A stretch of 64,000 nucleotides of DNA from an uncultured bacterium (GTDB taxonomy: Bacteria; Krumholzibacteriota; Krumholzibacteriia; Krumholzibacteriales; Krumholzibacteriaceae): contig CAWFAD010000016.1 in assembly GCA_963813815.1 (NCBI GenBank), positions 192,001 to 256,000 of the forward strand. The letters run 5' to 3'. The translations under genes were made by a program, and so were the position numbers. The first letter of the stretch is position 1, and each line of letters opens with the position of its first letter. Below the pieces are notes generated by a model. The model saw nothing but the letters and a program-made list of their open reading frames with translations. It did no database searches and had not been told where the DNA came from. This document shows positions 45,623 through 54,926 of this stretch, piece by piece.

Positions 45623-48613
45623 ATGAGCGTTCGTGAAAAAGCGGAAGACCGGGTTCAGTCGGCTCTCAGCATACAGCAGGTGAGGGCCGTCGAACTCGTT
45701 TCGATATTCTTCATCGTGTTCGCGGCGCATGAGATCGCGGGGTTCGTCTACCGGACGGGTCTCATGATCCTCGTCTTCCTCGGAGCGACGCTGCTCAACC
45801 TCGTCGTCGCGGGACTCGAGGGCTCCTGCTCGCAGGGCGGGGCGGCGATTTTCCGGCGGCGGGGAGGGTGGGAGTGGTGCACCGTATGCATCGACTGCGT
45901 GAGCGCGCTCGGTCTCATCTACCTCACCGGCTCCGCGGAGAGCCCCTTTCTCTTTCTCGTGGTGATTCCGCTCTTCTTCGCCGGGCGCCTGCTGCCGCCG
46001 ATCCCGGCCGGCTTCGCGGTGACGTCGTTCACGGTCGGCGCGCTCGGCGCTCTGGGAGCGCTCGAGATCCGCGGCGCGATTCCGCATTTCAACGTGTATT
46101 CCGTCGATTCGGCGGTTCCCGAGGGCGGGCACTACCTCGCCGGCATGCTCCTCGTGCTCGCCGGATTCATGAGCCTCATGACCTACCTCTTCTCGAACTT
46201 CTACGGCAACTTCAACGTCTCGATCCGGCGCGCCGAGGACCGGCTCCTGACCTCGCGCAAGCGCATACTCGAGCTCACGCGCCTCTACGACATCAGCCTC
46301 GGCATCAATTCGGTCATCAGTCTCGACACGCTCCTCAAGATGGTCGGCAAGGAGATAACGCTCCTGCTGCGGCGGCCGTGGGTGTCGATCGCGCTGATGA
46401 ATCACAAGCGGGAGATCATCGAGCACGTCGAGCTCGGCGAGGGGAGCGGCGAACGCATCGATCCGGGAACGCCGCTCGCGGGCGACTCGTTCCTCGACGA
46501 GATCTGCGCGGCGGAGAGCGGCCTCATCATCGAGGATCTGCGCCGGCATCCGAACCCCGTCTCGTCGCTCGTGAGCGAGCGGGGGCTCGTGTCGTTCCTC
46601 GCCGCCCCGGTCCAGTCGGGCCGCGACGTCCTCGGCGTGCTCATGGCGGGGGATCGCTCCGCGGATCCGTTCACGCCCGACGACGCGCGCCTGCTCACGA
46701 TCCTCTCCGGGCAGGTGGCGATGGCGATCGAGAAGAGCCGCCTCTACGAGGTCATGACCGGACGGATCGAGCGGCTCGAGCGCGAAAACGAGGAGCTGCG
46801 CGACGCGAACAAGCTCAAGATGAGCTACCTCTCGCATCTCTCGCACGAGTTCAAAACGCCGCTCACCTCGATCAAGGCCTACGTCGAATCGCTCGGCGAC
46901 CATATCGACGATCCCTCGTTCCCCGAAAAGCGCGAGTTTCTCGGCGTCATCGAGAGCGAGACGGACCGGCTCATCCGCATGATCAACAAGGTGCTCGACG
47001 TGTCGAAGATCGAGTTCGGCAACCGCACGCCGAAGTGCACGCTCTTCCAGCTCGCGCCGCTCATCGCCGACGTCGAGTCCTCCATGCTGCCGTACCTCCG
47101 CGACAAGAACCTGCGGCTCGTCGCGCAGGTGCCGCCGGGGCTGCCGCACATCGAGGGCGACGAGGATCTCGTGAAGCAGGTCTTCATCAACCTGATCGGA
47201 AACGCGGTCAAGTTCTCCCCGGCCGGTTCGCGCATACTCATCGAGGCGGTCGAGGACGCGGCGGCGGTCAAGATCTCCGTTTCGGACGAAGGGATTGGGA
47301 TCGCCGAGGAAGATATGCAGCACATCTTCAAGCAATTCTATCAGGTGCGGCGGGGCGCGAGCGAGGGCGTCGGCCTCGGACTCGCGATCGTGAAGAACAT
47401 CATCGAGCAGCACGGCGGCTACATCAACGTGTCGAGCCGGGTCGGCAAGGGAAGCACGTTCACCTTCACGCTGCCGAAGCAGCACCACTTCAACGATCTC
47501 CTCGGAAACGTCTTCGACTCGGTCGACGCGCGGGCCGAGATTCAGGAAGTGCTCCAGCTCGCCGTGAAGGTGATCGCCGAGATGCTCTCGGCGAAGATCG
47601 TCTCCCTCATGCTGCTCGATCAGGAGAGCAAGGAGCTCTTCATCAAGGTCGCCTACGGCCTCGACGAGCGCGTCGTCTCCCACGCGCGGGCGCGCCTCGG
47701 CGAGGGGATCGCCGGCAAGGTGGCCGAATCCGGAGAGCCGCTTCTCATCGAGAACGTCGAGCGGAGCCCGCTCAAGAGCGCTCCGAACAATCCGCAGTAC
47801 GAGACCAAATCGCTCGTGAGCGTGCCGCTCAAGATCGGCTCGTCCGTCGTCGGCGTCATCAACGCGAACAACAAGACCTCGGGCAAGCCGTTCAACCAGG
47901 ACGATCTCGCGCTCCTCATGAGCCTCAGCCAACGCTTCTCGAAGGTGATCGAGCGCGTGCGCACGACCGAGACCCCGCAGGCGTATCTCGCCGAGGCGAT
48001 CGAGTCGCTGCGGTCGCTGCTGGCCGCACGCAAGCGCGAGGCCCCGGAGGCCCACAACGATATCGTTCGCTGGTCGGTCCAGACGGCGCGGAGGCTCCGG
48101 CTGAGCGAGAAAGAGGTTCGGGTGATCCAGTACGTCTCGAGCGTGCACGACGTCGGCATGACGTTCGTGAGCGAGGAAATCCTCAAGAAAACGCTCGAGC
48201 TCTCCGCGACGGAGATGGACGAGATCCGCAAGCATCCGCAGCGCGGCGCGGCGGTTCTCCGCCCGCTCGAGTTCGTGGAGCTCGTGAGCCAGAGCATTCT
48301 GTTCCACCACGAGCGGCCCGACGGGCGCGGGTATCCGATGGGGCTCCGCGGCGAGCAGATTCCCATCGGTTCGCGGATTCTCGCCGCGATCGACGCCTAT
48401 ACGTCGATGGTGAGCGATCGGCCCTTCCGGGGCCGCTGCTCGCCGGCGGACGCGGTCGACGAGCTCGTGCGGCACGCGGGCACGCAGTTCGATCCGCGCG
48501 TCGTCTCGGCCTTCATCGAGGTTCTCATGGACGAGGGGTACATCGAGGTGGACGCCCATACGCGTCTCGCCGAGGCGCTCCGCTCGGCGCACAAGCACCA
48601 CCTGGTGCCGTAG
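45623..48613 (+). CDS. hybrid: membrane sensor-GAF-HisKA-HATPase-GAF-HD-GYP phosphodiesterase
   Basis: About 5-6 TM helices; SHEFKTPLTSI, NAVKF, DEGIGI, GVGLGL; GAF GEGIAGKVA; VHDVG, HHERPDGRGYP, RPFR. Confidence 0.9.
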   Translation: MSVREKAEDRVQSALSIQQVRAVELVSIFFIVFAAHEIAGFVYRTGLMILVFLGATLLNLVVAGLEGSCSQGGAAIFRRRGGWEWCTVCIDCVSALGLIYLTGSAESPFLFLVVIPLFFAGRLLPPIPAGFAVTSFTVGALGALGALEIRGAIPHFNVYSVDSAVPEGGHYLAGMLLVLAGFMSLMTYLFSNFYGNFNVSIRRAEDRLLTSRKRILELTRLYDISLGINSVISLDTLLKMVGKEITLLLRRPWVSIALMNHKREIIEHVELGEGSGERIDPGTPLAGDSFLDEICAAESGLIIEDLRRHPNPVSSLVSERGLVSFLAAPVQSGRDVLGVLMAGDRSADPFTPDDARLLTILSGQVAMAIEKSRLYEVMTGRIERLERENEELRDANKLKMSYLSHLSHEFKTPLTSIKAYVESLGDHIDDPSFPEKREFLGVIESETDRLIRMINKVLDVSKIEFGNRTPKCTLFQLAPLIADVESSMLPYLRDKNLRLVAQVPPGLPHIEGDEDLVKQVFINLIGNAVKFSPAGSRILIEAVEDAAAVKISVSDEGIGIAEEDMQHIFKQFYQVRRGASEGVGLGLAIVKNIIEQHGGYINVSSRVGKGSTFTFTLPKQHHFNDLLGNVFDSVDARAEIQEVLQLAVKVIAEMLSAKIVSLMLLDQESKELFIKVAYGLDERVVSHARARLGEGIAGKVAESGEPLLIENVERSPLKSAPNNPQYETKSLVSVPLKIGSSVVGVINANNKTSGKPFNQDDLALLMSLSQRFSKVIERVRTTETPQAYLAEAIESLRSLLAARKREAPEAHNDIVRWSVQTARRLRLSEKEVRVIQYVSSVHDVGMTFVSEEILKKTLELSATEMDEIRKHPQRGAAVLRPLEFVELVSQSILFHHERPDGRGYPMGLRGEQIPIGSRILAAIDAYTSMVSDRPFRGRCSPADAVDELVRHAGTQFDPRVVSAFIEVLMDEGYIEVDAHTRLAEALRSAHKHHLVP

Positions 48614-48625
48614 AGGAGGAACGCG

Positions 48626-51127
48626 GTGTTCGAAGCTCTCAAGAGCAGGCCGCGAGCCGCCGCCCGCCGCGCGGGCGATGCGGGCGCTTCCCCGCTCGAG
48701 CCGGTCATCGACCGGTTCGCCGCGGTGAGCGACCTCATCCTCTCCGACGCGCCGGCCCCGCAGGTCCTCGACGCCGTCACGGCCGCCGTCGCGGCGAGCA
48801 TCGGCGCCGAGTTCGTCATCCTGCGGATCGCCAAGCCGGAAGTGGACGCGTTCGAGGTGCGCTCGCACGCGGGCCTCTCCTTCGATCGGCCGGCGCCGCT
48901 CTCGGCCTTCGCCGTCTCGCGCGACGCGTGGACGTCGCTGCGGCGAAGCGACCGGACGTGCGGGGAAGGCTTTCTCCTCGAGGAACGCGACGCGGCCGCC
49001 GTCGCGGAGAGCGTCGTTCCCCGGCATCTCGCGTGGGACGGGCGCCGGGTGTTCGTCGCCGGGATCGGCGACGAACGGGGGCATACGGGATTTTTCACCG
49101 CGGGATTTTTCTCGGGGCCGGTCGATCCGCGGATCGCGGCGATCGTGCGGTGCTTCTCGGGCGCGGTTCTTCAGGTGCTCCGGCGCGACGCGGCGAGGAG
49201 CGAGCTCCGCGAACGGGAGCGGGCGCTCGCGACGTGCCGGGAGGAGCTCGACGGCGTCGGCCAGCTCAAATCGAATTTTCTCTCGGTGGTGTCGCACGAG
49301 CTGCGCACCCCGCTCACGTCGATCAAGGCGTACAACGAGACGCTCCTCGAGAACATGGACACGATCAAGCGCGAGACGCTCGAGGACTTTCTCCGGGTGA
49401 TGAGCGAGGAAAACGAGCGGGTCATATCGCTCGTCGACAGCATGCTGAACTACTCGCGGCTCGAGACGGGGCATCTCAAGGTCGAGCGCGCGCCGTGCAA
49501 TCTCAACAAGCTCGTCGAGGAGGTTCACTATTCGCTCCGCGAGGCCTTCCTCGCGAGAGACATCGGCACGGAGCTGCGGCTGCCGCGCCATGCGTGCCGG
49601 CTCGACGCCGACCGGGAGCTCATCCGGCAGCTGCTCCAGAACCTCATGAGCAACGCGTCGAAATTCACGCCGGCGGGGGGCAGGGTGACGATCACGCTCG
49701 AGGAGGAGGCCTCCGCGGCGCGCATCGTCGTGCAGGACACGGGGCCGGGCATTCCCGAGGACCAGCTCGAGAAGGTTTTCGAGCGATTCTATCAGGTGGA
49801 TACGAGCGATACGCGCGAGCACGGCGGCTCGGGGCTCGGGCTCGCGATCTGCAAGAACATCGTCGAGTGGCACGACGGCAGCATCTGGGTCGAAAACGTG
49901 AAGGACGCGGGGGCGAAGTTCGTCGTGGTGCTGCCGATGAAGGACATCATCGTCCGGCAGACCTCCGCCTCCCAGATCGGCGGCTACCGGCGGTTCGAGC
50001 GCGAGCGGTATCTGACGCTCCTCGTCGAGATGCTCGCCGAGTTTCTGCAGGCCCGCAAGGCCTCGATCATGCTCCTCGACCGCGACCAGCAGATGCTGCG
50101 CATCGTCGCGGCGAAGGGGCTCGACCCGGACTTCGTCCAGAACACCCGCCTCGTGCTCGGAGAGCGGATCGCGGGGAAGGTGGCCGAAACCGGAGAGCCG
50201 CTCCACGTGTTCGACATCGAAAGCGACGCCGACTACGGCAGAGCCAACAACACGCTCTTCTACGGCACGCGCTCGTTCATATCGGTGCCGCTCAAGGACG
50301 GCGCCGAAACGATCGGCGTGCTCAACGTGAGCGACCACGTCGAGGGCCGCGAGTTCACGCGCGCGGACCGGGAGATTCTCGAGGCGCTCGGCGGCATCAT
50401 CGTCGGCATGCTGAAGAAGCTCGACGCCTACGAGAAGGTGTCGGCGAATTTCGAGAAGCTGAAGTGCGCGATGCGCGCCATTCTCGACATGCGGGAGGCG
50501 TGGGGGAGCCGCATTCTCATGAATCTCACCCTCATCGCCCTCACCGTCGGCGAGCGGCTCAACCTCGACGAGCGTTCGCTCACGGCGCTCCGTCTCGGAA
50601 TGAATCTCTACGATCTCGGACTCATGAAGATACCGCGCACGATCCGGGTCAAGCGCGAGGAGCTCACGGAGAAGGAGCGGGAAACGCTTCGCGGGCACGC
50701 GAACGTCGGATATGCGCTCATCTCGCCGATGGGGCTCGAGGACCGGATCATGAAGATGGTGCGCGGCCATCACGAGCACTTCGACGGCACGGGATACCCG
50801 GACGGCCTCGCCGGATCGGAGATCCCGGTCGAGGCGCGAATCGTGAGCGTGGTCGACGCGTTTCGCGCGCTCATGAGCGAGGGCCCCTACCGGCGGACGT
50901 TCTCTCTGGAGGAGGCCCGCGCGGAGATCGAAGCGGGCGCGGGCACGCGGTTCGACCCGCTCGTCGTCGCGGCTTTCGGCGACGCGCTCGATCTTCTCGG
51001 CGCGCGCACGCGGGGCCGCGAGCTCGTGCTCGAGGCCTTCGAGCGGGAGCTCGAGCGCGAACGCAGCGCGCGGCGGCGGAATAACGATACGAATCAAGCG
51101 GCAGCATCGAAGGAGGACACTCGATGA
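48626..51127 (+). CDS. hybrid: GAF-like-HisKA-HATPase-GAF-degenerate HD-GYP
   Basis: SD GAGGAGGA, GTG start; SHELRTPLTSI, NASKF, DTGPGI, GSGLGL; GERIAGKVA; LYDLG (HD to YD), HHEHFDGTGYP. Confidence 0.88.
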   Translation: MFEALKSRPRAAARRAGDAGASPLEPVIDRFAAVSDLILSDAPAPQVLDAVTAAVAASIGAEFVILRIAKPEVDAFEVRSHAGLSFDRPAPLSAFAVSRDAWTSLRRSDRTCGEGFLLEERDAAAVAESVVPRHLAWDGRRVFVAGIGDERGHTGFFTAGFFSGPVDPRIAAIVRCFSGAVLQVLRRDAARSELRERERALATCREELDGVGQLKSNFLSVVSHELRTPLTSIKAYNETLLENMDTIKRETLEDFLRVMSEENERVISLVDSMLNYSRLETGHLKVERAPCNLNKLVEEVHYSLREAFLARDIGTELRLPRHACRLDADRELIRQLLQNLMSNASKFTPAGGRVTITLEEEASAARIVVQDTGPGIPEDQLEKVFERFYQVDTSDTREHGGSGLGLAICKNIVEWHDGSIWVENVKDAGAKFVVVLPMKDIIVRQTSASQIGGYRRFERERYLTLLVEMLAEFLQARKASIMLLDRDQQMLRIVAAKGLDPDFVQNTRLVLGERIAGKVAETGEPLHVFDIESDADYGRANNTLFYGTRSFISVPLKDGAETIGVLNVSDHVEGREFTRADREILEALGGIIVGMLKKLDAYEKVSANFEKLKCAMRAILDMREAWGSRILMNLTLIALTVGERLNLDERSLTALRLGMNLYDLGLMKIPRTIRVKREELTEKERETLRGHANVGYALISPMGLEDRIMKMVRGHHEHFDGTGYPDGLAGSEIPVEARIVSVVDAFRALMSEGPYRRTFSLEEARAEIEAGAGTRFDPLVVAAFGDALDLLGARTRGRELVLEAFERELERERSARRRNNDTNQAAASKEDTR

Positions 51128-51501
51128 AGAAGGGAAGAATCCTGGTCGTGGACGACGAGGTGAACATCACGCAGATATTGCAGTTCAGCATCGGCGCCGA
51201 GGGATTCGAGGTCTTGACCGCGCAGAACGGCGAGGAAGCGATCGAGAAGGCCCGCCGCGAGCAACCCGATCTCATCATCCTCGACATCATGATGCCGAAG
51301 ATCGACGGTTACGAGGCGTGCCGCATTCTCAAGGCGAATCCCCTCACGCGGCACATCCCCGTCGTGCTCCTCACGGCGAAGGGGCGCGAGATCGACAAGC
51401 GGCTCGGGCAGGAGGTCGGCGCGACCGATTACATCGTGAAGCCGTTCAGCCCGAACAAGCTCATCGAGCGAATCCATCAGCTCCTCTCGTGCCACAAATG
51501 A
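51124..51501 (+). CDS. single-domain response regulator (CheY-like)
   Basis: VDD, LDIMMP, LTAK, KPF; ATGA overlap with the upstream kinase. Confidence 0.93.
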   Translation: MKKGRILVVDDEVNITQILQFSIGAEGFEVLTAQNGEEAIEKARREQPDLIILDIMMPKIDGYEACRILKANPLTRHIPVVLLTAKGREIDKRLGQEVGATDYIVKPFSPNKLIERIHQLLSCHK

Positions 51502-51548
51502 CCTTTTGACGTTGCCGGCCGAGCGGCGGCTCCCGTATCCTGTCCGGT

Positions 51549-53549
51549 ATGGGAGCCGTTTCCACATCCTGGGCGCTGGTCGACGTCGCCGTCCCCTGCC
51601 CGGTCGACAAGCTCTTTACCTACCGGGTTCCCGCGGAGCTCCGCGGGCGCATCCGCCCCGGCGCGCGCGTGCTCGTGCCTTTCGGACGGAGCCGCGCCAC
51701 CGGCTACGTCGTCTCCGCCGGCTCGGAGCCGCCCGCCGCGATGAGGCTCCGGGAGATTGCCGCGCTCGTGGACGAGGAGCCGCTCATCACCCCCGCCTTG
51801 CTCGATCTCGCCCGATGGATGGCCGGGTACTACGTGCATCCGCTCGGAGAGGCGCTGCGCGCCGTGCTGCCGGCGGGGGTGCGCGGCGCCGGCCGGATTC
51901 CGGCGGAGGACGAGGGGGAGCGCTCGTTCCCCGACGAGGCGGATCGCCCCCGGCTCACCGCCGATCAGGAGGCGGCGTTTGAGGCGCTTCGCGCCGCGCT
52001 CGACGCGGGGGGCGGCGCGCCCTTTCTGCTCCACGGCGTCACGGGGAGCGGCAAGACCGAGGTGTATCTCCGCGTCATCGAGGAGGCGCTCTCCCGCGGC
52101 AAGGGCGCGATCGTGCTCATACCGGAGATCGCCCTCATACCGCAGACGGTTTCGCGCTTCCGGCGGCGGTTCGGCGGCGCGGTCGCGGTGCTTCACTCGA
52201 GGGTCACCGGCCCGCAGCGGGCCGCCATCTGGCGCGCGGCCGCGCGCGGCGAGGTCCGGGTGGTCATCGGCGCCCGCTCGGCGGTTTTCGCCCCGGTCAT
52301 GGGGCTCGGCGTCATCGTCGTCGACGAGGAGCAGGATTCCTCGTTCAAACAGGAGGACAAACCCCGCTACCACGCGGTCGCGGCGGCGCGCTTCCGCGCG
52401 CAGCGCGAGGGCGCGGTGCTGCTCCTCGGCTCGGCCACGCCGTCGCTCGAGACGTACGCGGCGGCCCGCGGCGGGGAGATGGGGTACCTCGCGCTCCGCT
52501 CCCGCCCGGGGGGGCTCGAGATGCCGCGCGTCGAGATCGTCGACATGCGGGGCCGCAAAGAGATCTTTTCCGCCGAGCTCCTCGACGCCCTCGAGCGGTG
52601 TCTCGCCCGCCGCGAGCAGGCGCTCATCCTGCTCAACCGCAGGGGCCACGCGAACTTCGTCCAGTGCCGCGGCTGCGGCTGGATCGAGCACTGCCCGAAC
52701 TGCTCGATTCCGCTCACCTTTCACGGCCGCGGACAGAAGCTGCTGTGCCACTACTGCGGATTCCAGGCGGCCGTTCCCCCCGTGTGCCCCCGCTGCGGGG
52801 AGTACAAGATCGTGCACCGGGGCGTCGGCACGGAGCGGGTGGAGATGGAGCTCGCCAACCTCATACCCGGCGTCCGGGTGGCGCGCATGGATCTCGACAC
52901 GACCGCGGGCAAACGGGGGCACATCGCCGTCCTCGAGCGGTTCGCGAAGGGAGAGAGCGACGTGCTCGTCGGCACGCAGATGGTCGCGAAGGGGCATCAT
53001 TTTCCGTCCGTGACCCTCGTCGGGGTCGTCGCGGCGGACCGCGGCCTCCAGTTCCCCGACTTTCGGGCGGCGGAAAAGACCTTCCGCCTGCTCTTTCAGG
53101 CCGCGGGTCGCAGCGGCCGCGGCGAAGGCGGTGGGCTCGTGATCGTCCAGACGAGGGCGCCGGAGCATTACCTCTACGGGCATCTCGCCCGCCACGACTA
53201 CGACGGATTCGCCGCGAGGGAGATCGAGGCGCGCGGCCAGCTCGGCTACCCGCCCGCCGGGGACGTCATGCTGTTTACGGCGCAGTCGCGCTCCATGGAG
53301 CGCGCCGCCGAGGCGGCGGAAGGAGTGCGCGGCGCGCTCGCCGAATCGCTCGGCTCCTCCGCGACCGTGCTCGGTCCGACGAGCGCGCTCATCGAGCGTC
53401 TCAAGAAGGACTGGCGGTATCACGTCCTCGTGAGGGGGAGGCTCACCCCGGAGCTCCGGCGCGAGGCGGTGCGGGCCGCGCTCGAGCGGGTCGCGTCCGT
53501 GAAATCGGCCGTGCTCTCATGGGACGTCGACCCCGTCTCGTTCTCATAG
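51549..53549 (+). CDS. priA: primosomal protein N' (replication restart helicase)
   Basis: GVTGSGKT, DEEQD, GSATPS, LNRRG, four CxxC motifs, GTQMVAKG, GRSGR. Confidence 0.96.
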   Translation: MGAVSTSWALVDVAVPCPVDKLFTYRVPAELRGRIRPGARVLVPFGRSRATGYVVSAGSEPPAAMRLREIAALVDEEPLITPALLDLARWMAGYYVHPLGEALRAVLPAGVRGAGRIPAEDEGERSFPDEADRPRLTADQEAAFEALRAALDAGGGAPFLLHGVTGSGKTEVYLRVIEEALSRGKGAIVLIPEIALIPQTVSRFRRRFGGAVAVLHSRVTGPQRAAIWRAAARGEVRVVIGARSAVFAPVMGLGVIVVDEEQDSSFKQEDKPRYHAVAAARFRAQREGAVLLLGSATPSLETYAAARGGEMGYLALRSRPGGLEMPRVEIVDMRGRKEIFSAELLDALERCLARREQALILLNRRGHANFVQCRGCGWIEHCPNCSIPLTFHGRGQKLLCHYCGFQAAVPPVCPRCGEYKIVHRGVGTERVEMELANLIPGVRVARMDLDTTAGKRGHIAVLERFAKGESDVLVGTQMVAKGHHFPSVTLVGVVAADRGLQFPDFRAAEKTFRLLFQAAGRSGRGEGGGLVIVQTRAPEHYLYGHLARHDYDGFAAREIEARGQLGYPPAGDVMLFTAQSRSMERAAEAAEGVRGALAESLGSSATVLGPTSALIERLKKDWRYHVLVRGRLTPELRREAVRAALERVASVKSAVLSWDVDPVSFS

Positions 53550-53555
53550 TAATGC

Positions 53556-53584
53556 TTGACAGCGCCCCGCGCGGTTGATACCTT
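53556..53584 (+). promoter_or_regulatory. sigma70 promoter of the TPR lipoprotein gene
   Basis: TTGACA N17 TACCTT with extended -10 TG. Confidence 0.6.
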
Positions 53585-53760
53585 TCGAACGAAGGACTGG
53601 AGAACCACCCCCGGCGGCCGGACGGAAACGGTCGCGCATCGCGTATTCAGGAGGAACCCCCCTGGCACATTCAGGTCGCATCGAAGATGCAGCTGGGTTT
53701 GCCGGAGCGCATAGAGCGTTTCGAAACTAACTGTTCCCCATGGAAGGAGGCGTCGGCCAG

Positions 53761-54810
53761 ATGACTAAGAGAAGCGGGATCGTCGCGATGCTCCTCGTAT
53801 CGCTGCTGGCGATATTTTCGTGCAAGAGCGTCGAGACGACGAGCGCGATGCTCCATAACGAGCACGGCAACTACGAGAAGGCGATCGAGATGTCGAAGCT
53901 GGCGATCGAGAAGAATCCGCTCGACGCGGAGGCTCATTTCCAGCTCGGCGTCGCGTACAGCTACACGCAGGATATGAAGGGTGCCTACAGCGAATTCATG
54001 AAGGCCGCCGAGCTCGATCCGAAGAAGATCGCCGACGTCGAAACCAACATCAAGTCGAACTGGGCCCGCCACTACAACCAGGGCCTCAGCGAGTTCCAAT
54101 CCGAAAATCTGGCCGGGGCCGCCCACGAGTTCGAGCTCACGACGCAGTCCGATCCCCGCCAGGTCAAGGGGTGGCTCAACCTCGCGATGGTGTACTACGC
54201 GCTGAGCGACAACGACAGCACGTATTTCGAACGCGCGTACGCGACGGTCGACACGCTGGTCGCGAGAACGACCGAGCAGGACGAGGATTACGCGAACATG
54301 CTCTCGCTGGCGGGCCGGGTCATGGTCACGCGCGGCGAGACGGAAAAGGCCGTGGCCATTTTTGAAAAGCTGCTCCTCGACGATCCAGCGAACTTCGAGG
54401 TGGTCGAGACGGTCGGCGGCGATTTCCTCGCCAAGCGGGATTGGGAGAAGAGCACGATCTTCCTCCAGATGGCGGTCGCGGCGCGGCAGAAGACGGACTC
54501 GGAGGATTTCGCCTCCTGGTACGACCTCGGTGTCGCGGCGTTCAACGCGAAGGATTGCCCGCGGGCGATCGAGGCTTACCAGAGGGCCCTCGAGCTCGAG
54601 GCCGATAACAAGGCGGGCAACTACAGCATGCTGCTGACGTATTACCAGTGCGAGCAGTACGACGACGCGATCCTTCAGGGTCAGACCTACACCGAAAAGT
54701 GGGGCGACGACCCGAACGGCTGGCGGATACTGAGCCTCTCCTACGCGAAGAAGGGGATGAAGCTCAAGGCAGAGGAAGCGGCGAAGAAATTCCAGGATTT
54801 TTCGCAGTAA
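53761..54810 (+). CDS. tetratricopeptide-repeat lipoprotein
   Basis: SD AAGGAGG; lipobox-like IFSC; repeated TPR motifs (AEAHFQLGVAY, SWYDLGVAAF, AIEAYQRALEL). Confidence 0.88.
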   Translation: MTKRSGIVAMLLVSLLAIFSCKSVETTSAMLHNEHGNYEKAIEMSKLAIEKNPLDAEAHFQLGVAYSYTQDMKGAYSEFMKAAELDPKKIADVETNIKSNWARHYNQGLSEFQSENLAGAAHEFELTTQSDPRQVKGWLNLAMVYYALSDNDSTYFERAYATVDTLVARTTEQDEDYANMLSLAGRVMVTRGETEKAVAIFEKLLLDDPANFEVVETVGGDFLAKRDWEKSTIFLQMAVAARQKTDSEDFASWYDLGVAAFNAKDCPRAIEAYQRALELEADNKAGNYSMLLTYYQCEQYDDAILQGQTYTEKWGDDPNGWRILSLSYAKKGMKLKAEEAAKKFQDFSQ

Positions 54811-54824
54811 CGGCGGAAATACGG

Positions 54825-54850
54825 GGGGCCGGGATTCCGCTCCCGGCCCC
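54825..54850 (+). terminator. GC-rich 10-bp hairpin after the TPR gene
   Basis: GGGGCCGGGA-TTCCGC-TCCCGGCCCC; no U-tract. Confidence 0.4.
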
Positions 54851-54897
54851 GTCCCGCTCATCGTCGCGCAAAATGGAACGGTTCTTGCGACACCGTC

Positions 54898-54926
54898 TTG
54901 ACAGGGGGGAGCCGGAGCTATAGATT
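54898..54926 (+). promoter_or_regulatory. sigma70 promoter of rho (long leader)
   Basis: TTGACA N17 TAGATT, about 290 nt upstream of the rho ATG. Confidence 0.55.

Noticed and set aside
44327..51097. 2256-aa antisense ORF and other long shadow ORFs (e.g. 32816-35899, 35920-38691, 39020-42154, 15839-17998, 51-1508)
   Set aside because: They lie opposite or out of frame to motif-supported genes, have no recognisable motifs and are expected from stop-codon scarcity in high-GC DNA
53671..53695. TCAGG...GCAGC resembling SRP (4.5S) RNA helix 8
   Set aside because: Lacks the 3-bp stem plus GNRA tetraloop spacing and the symmetric loop geometry of SRP RNA
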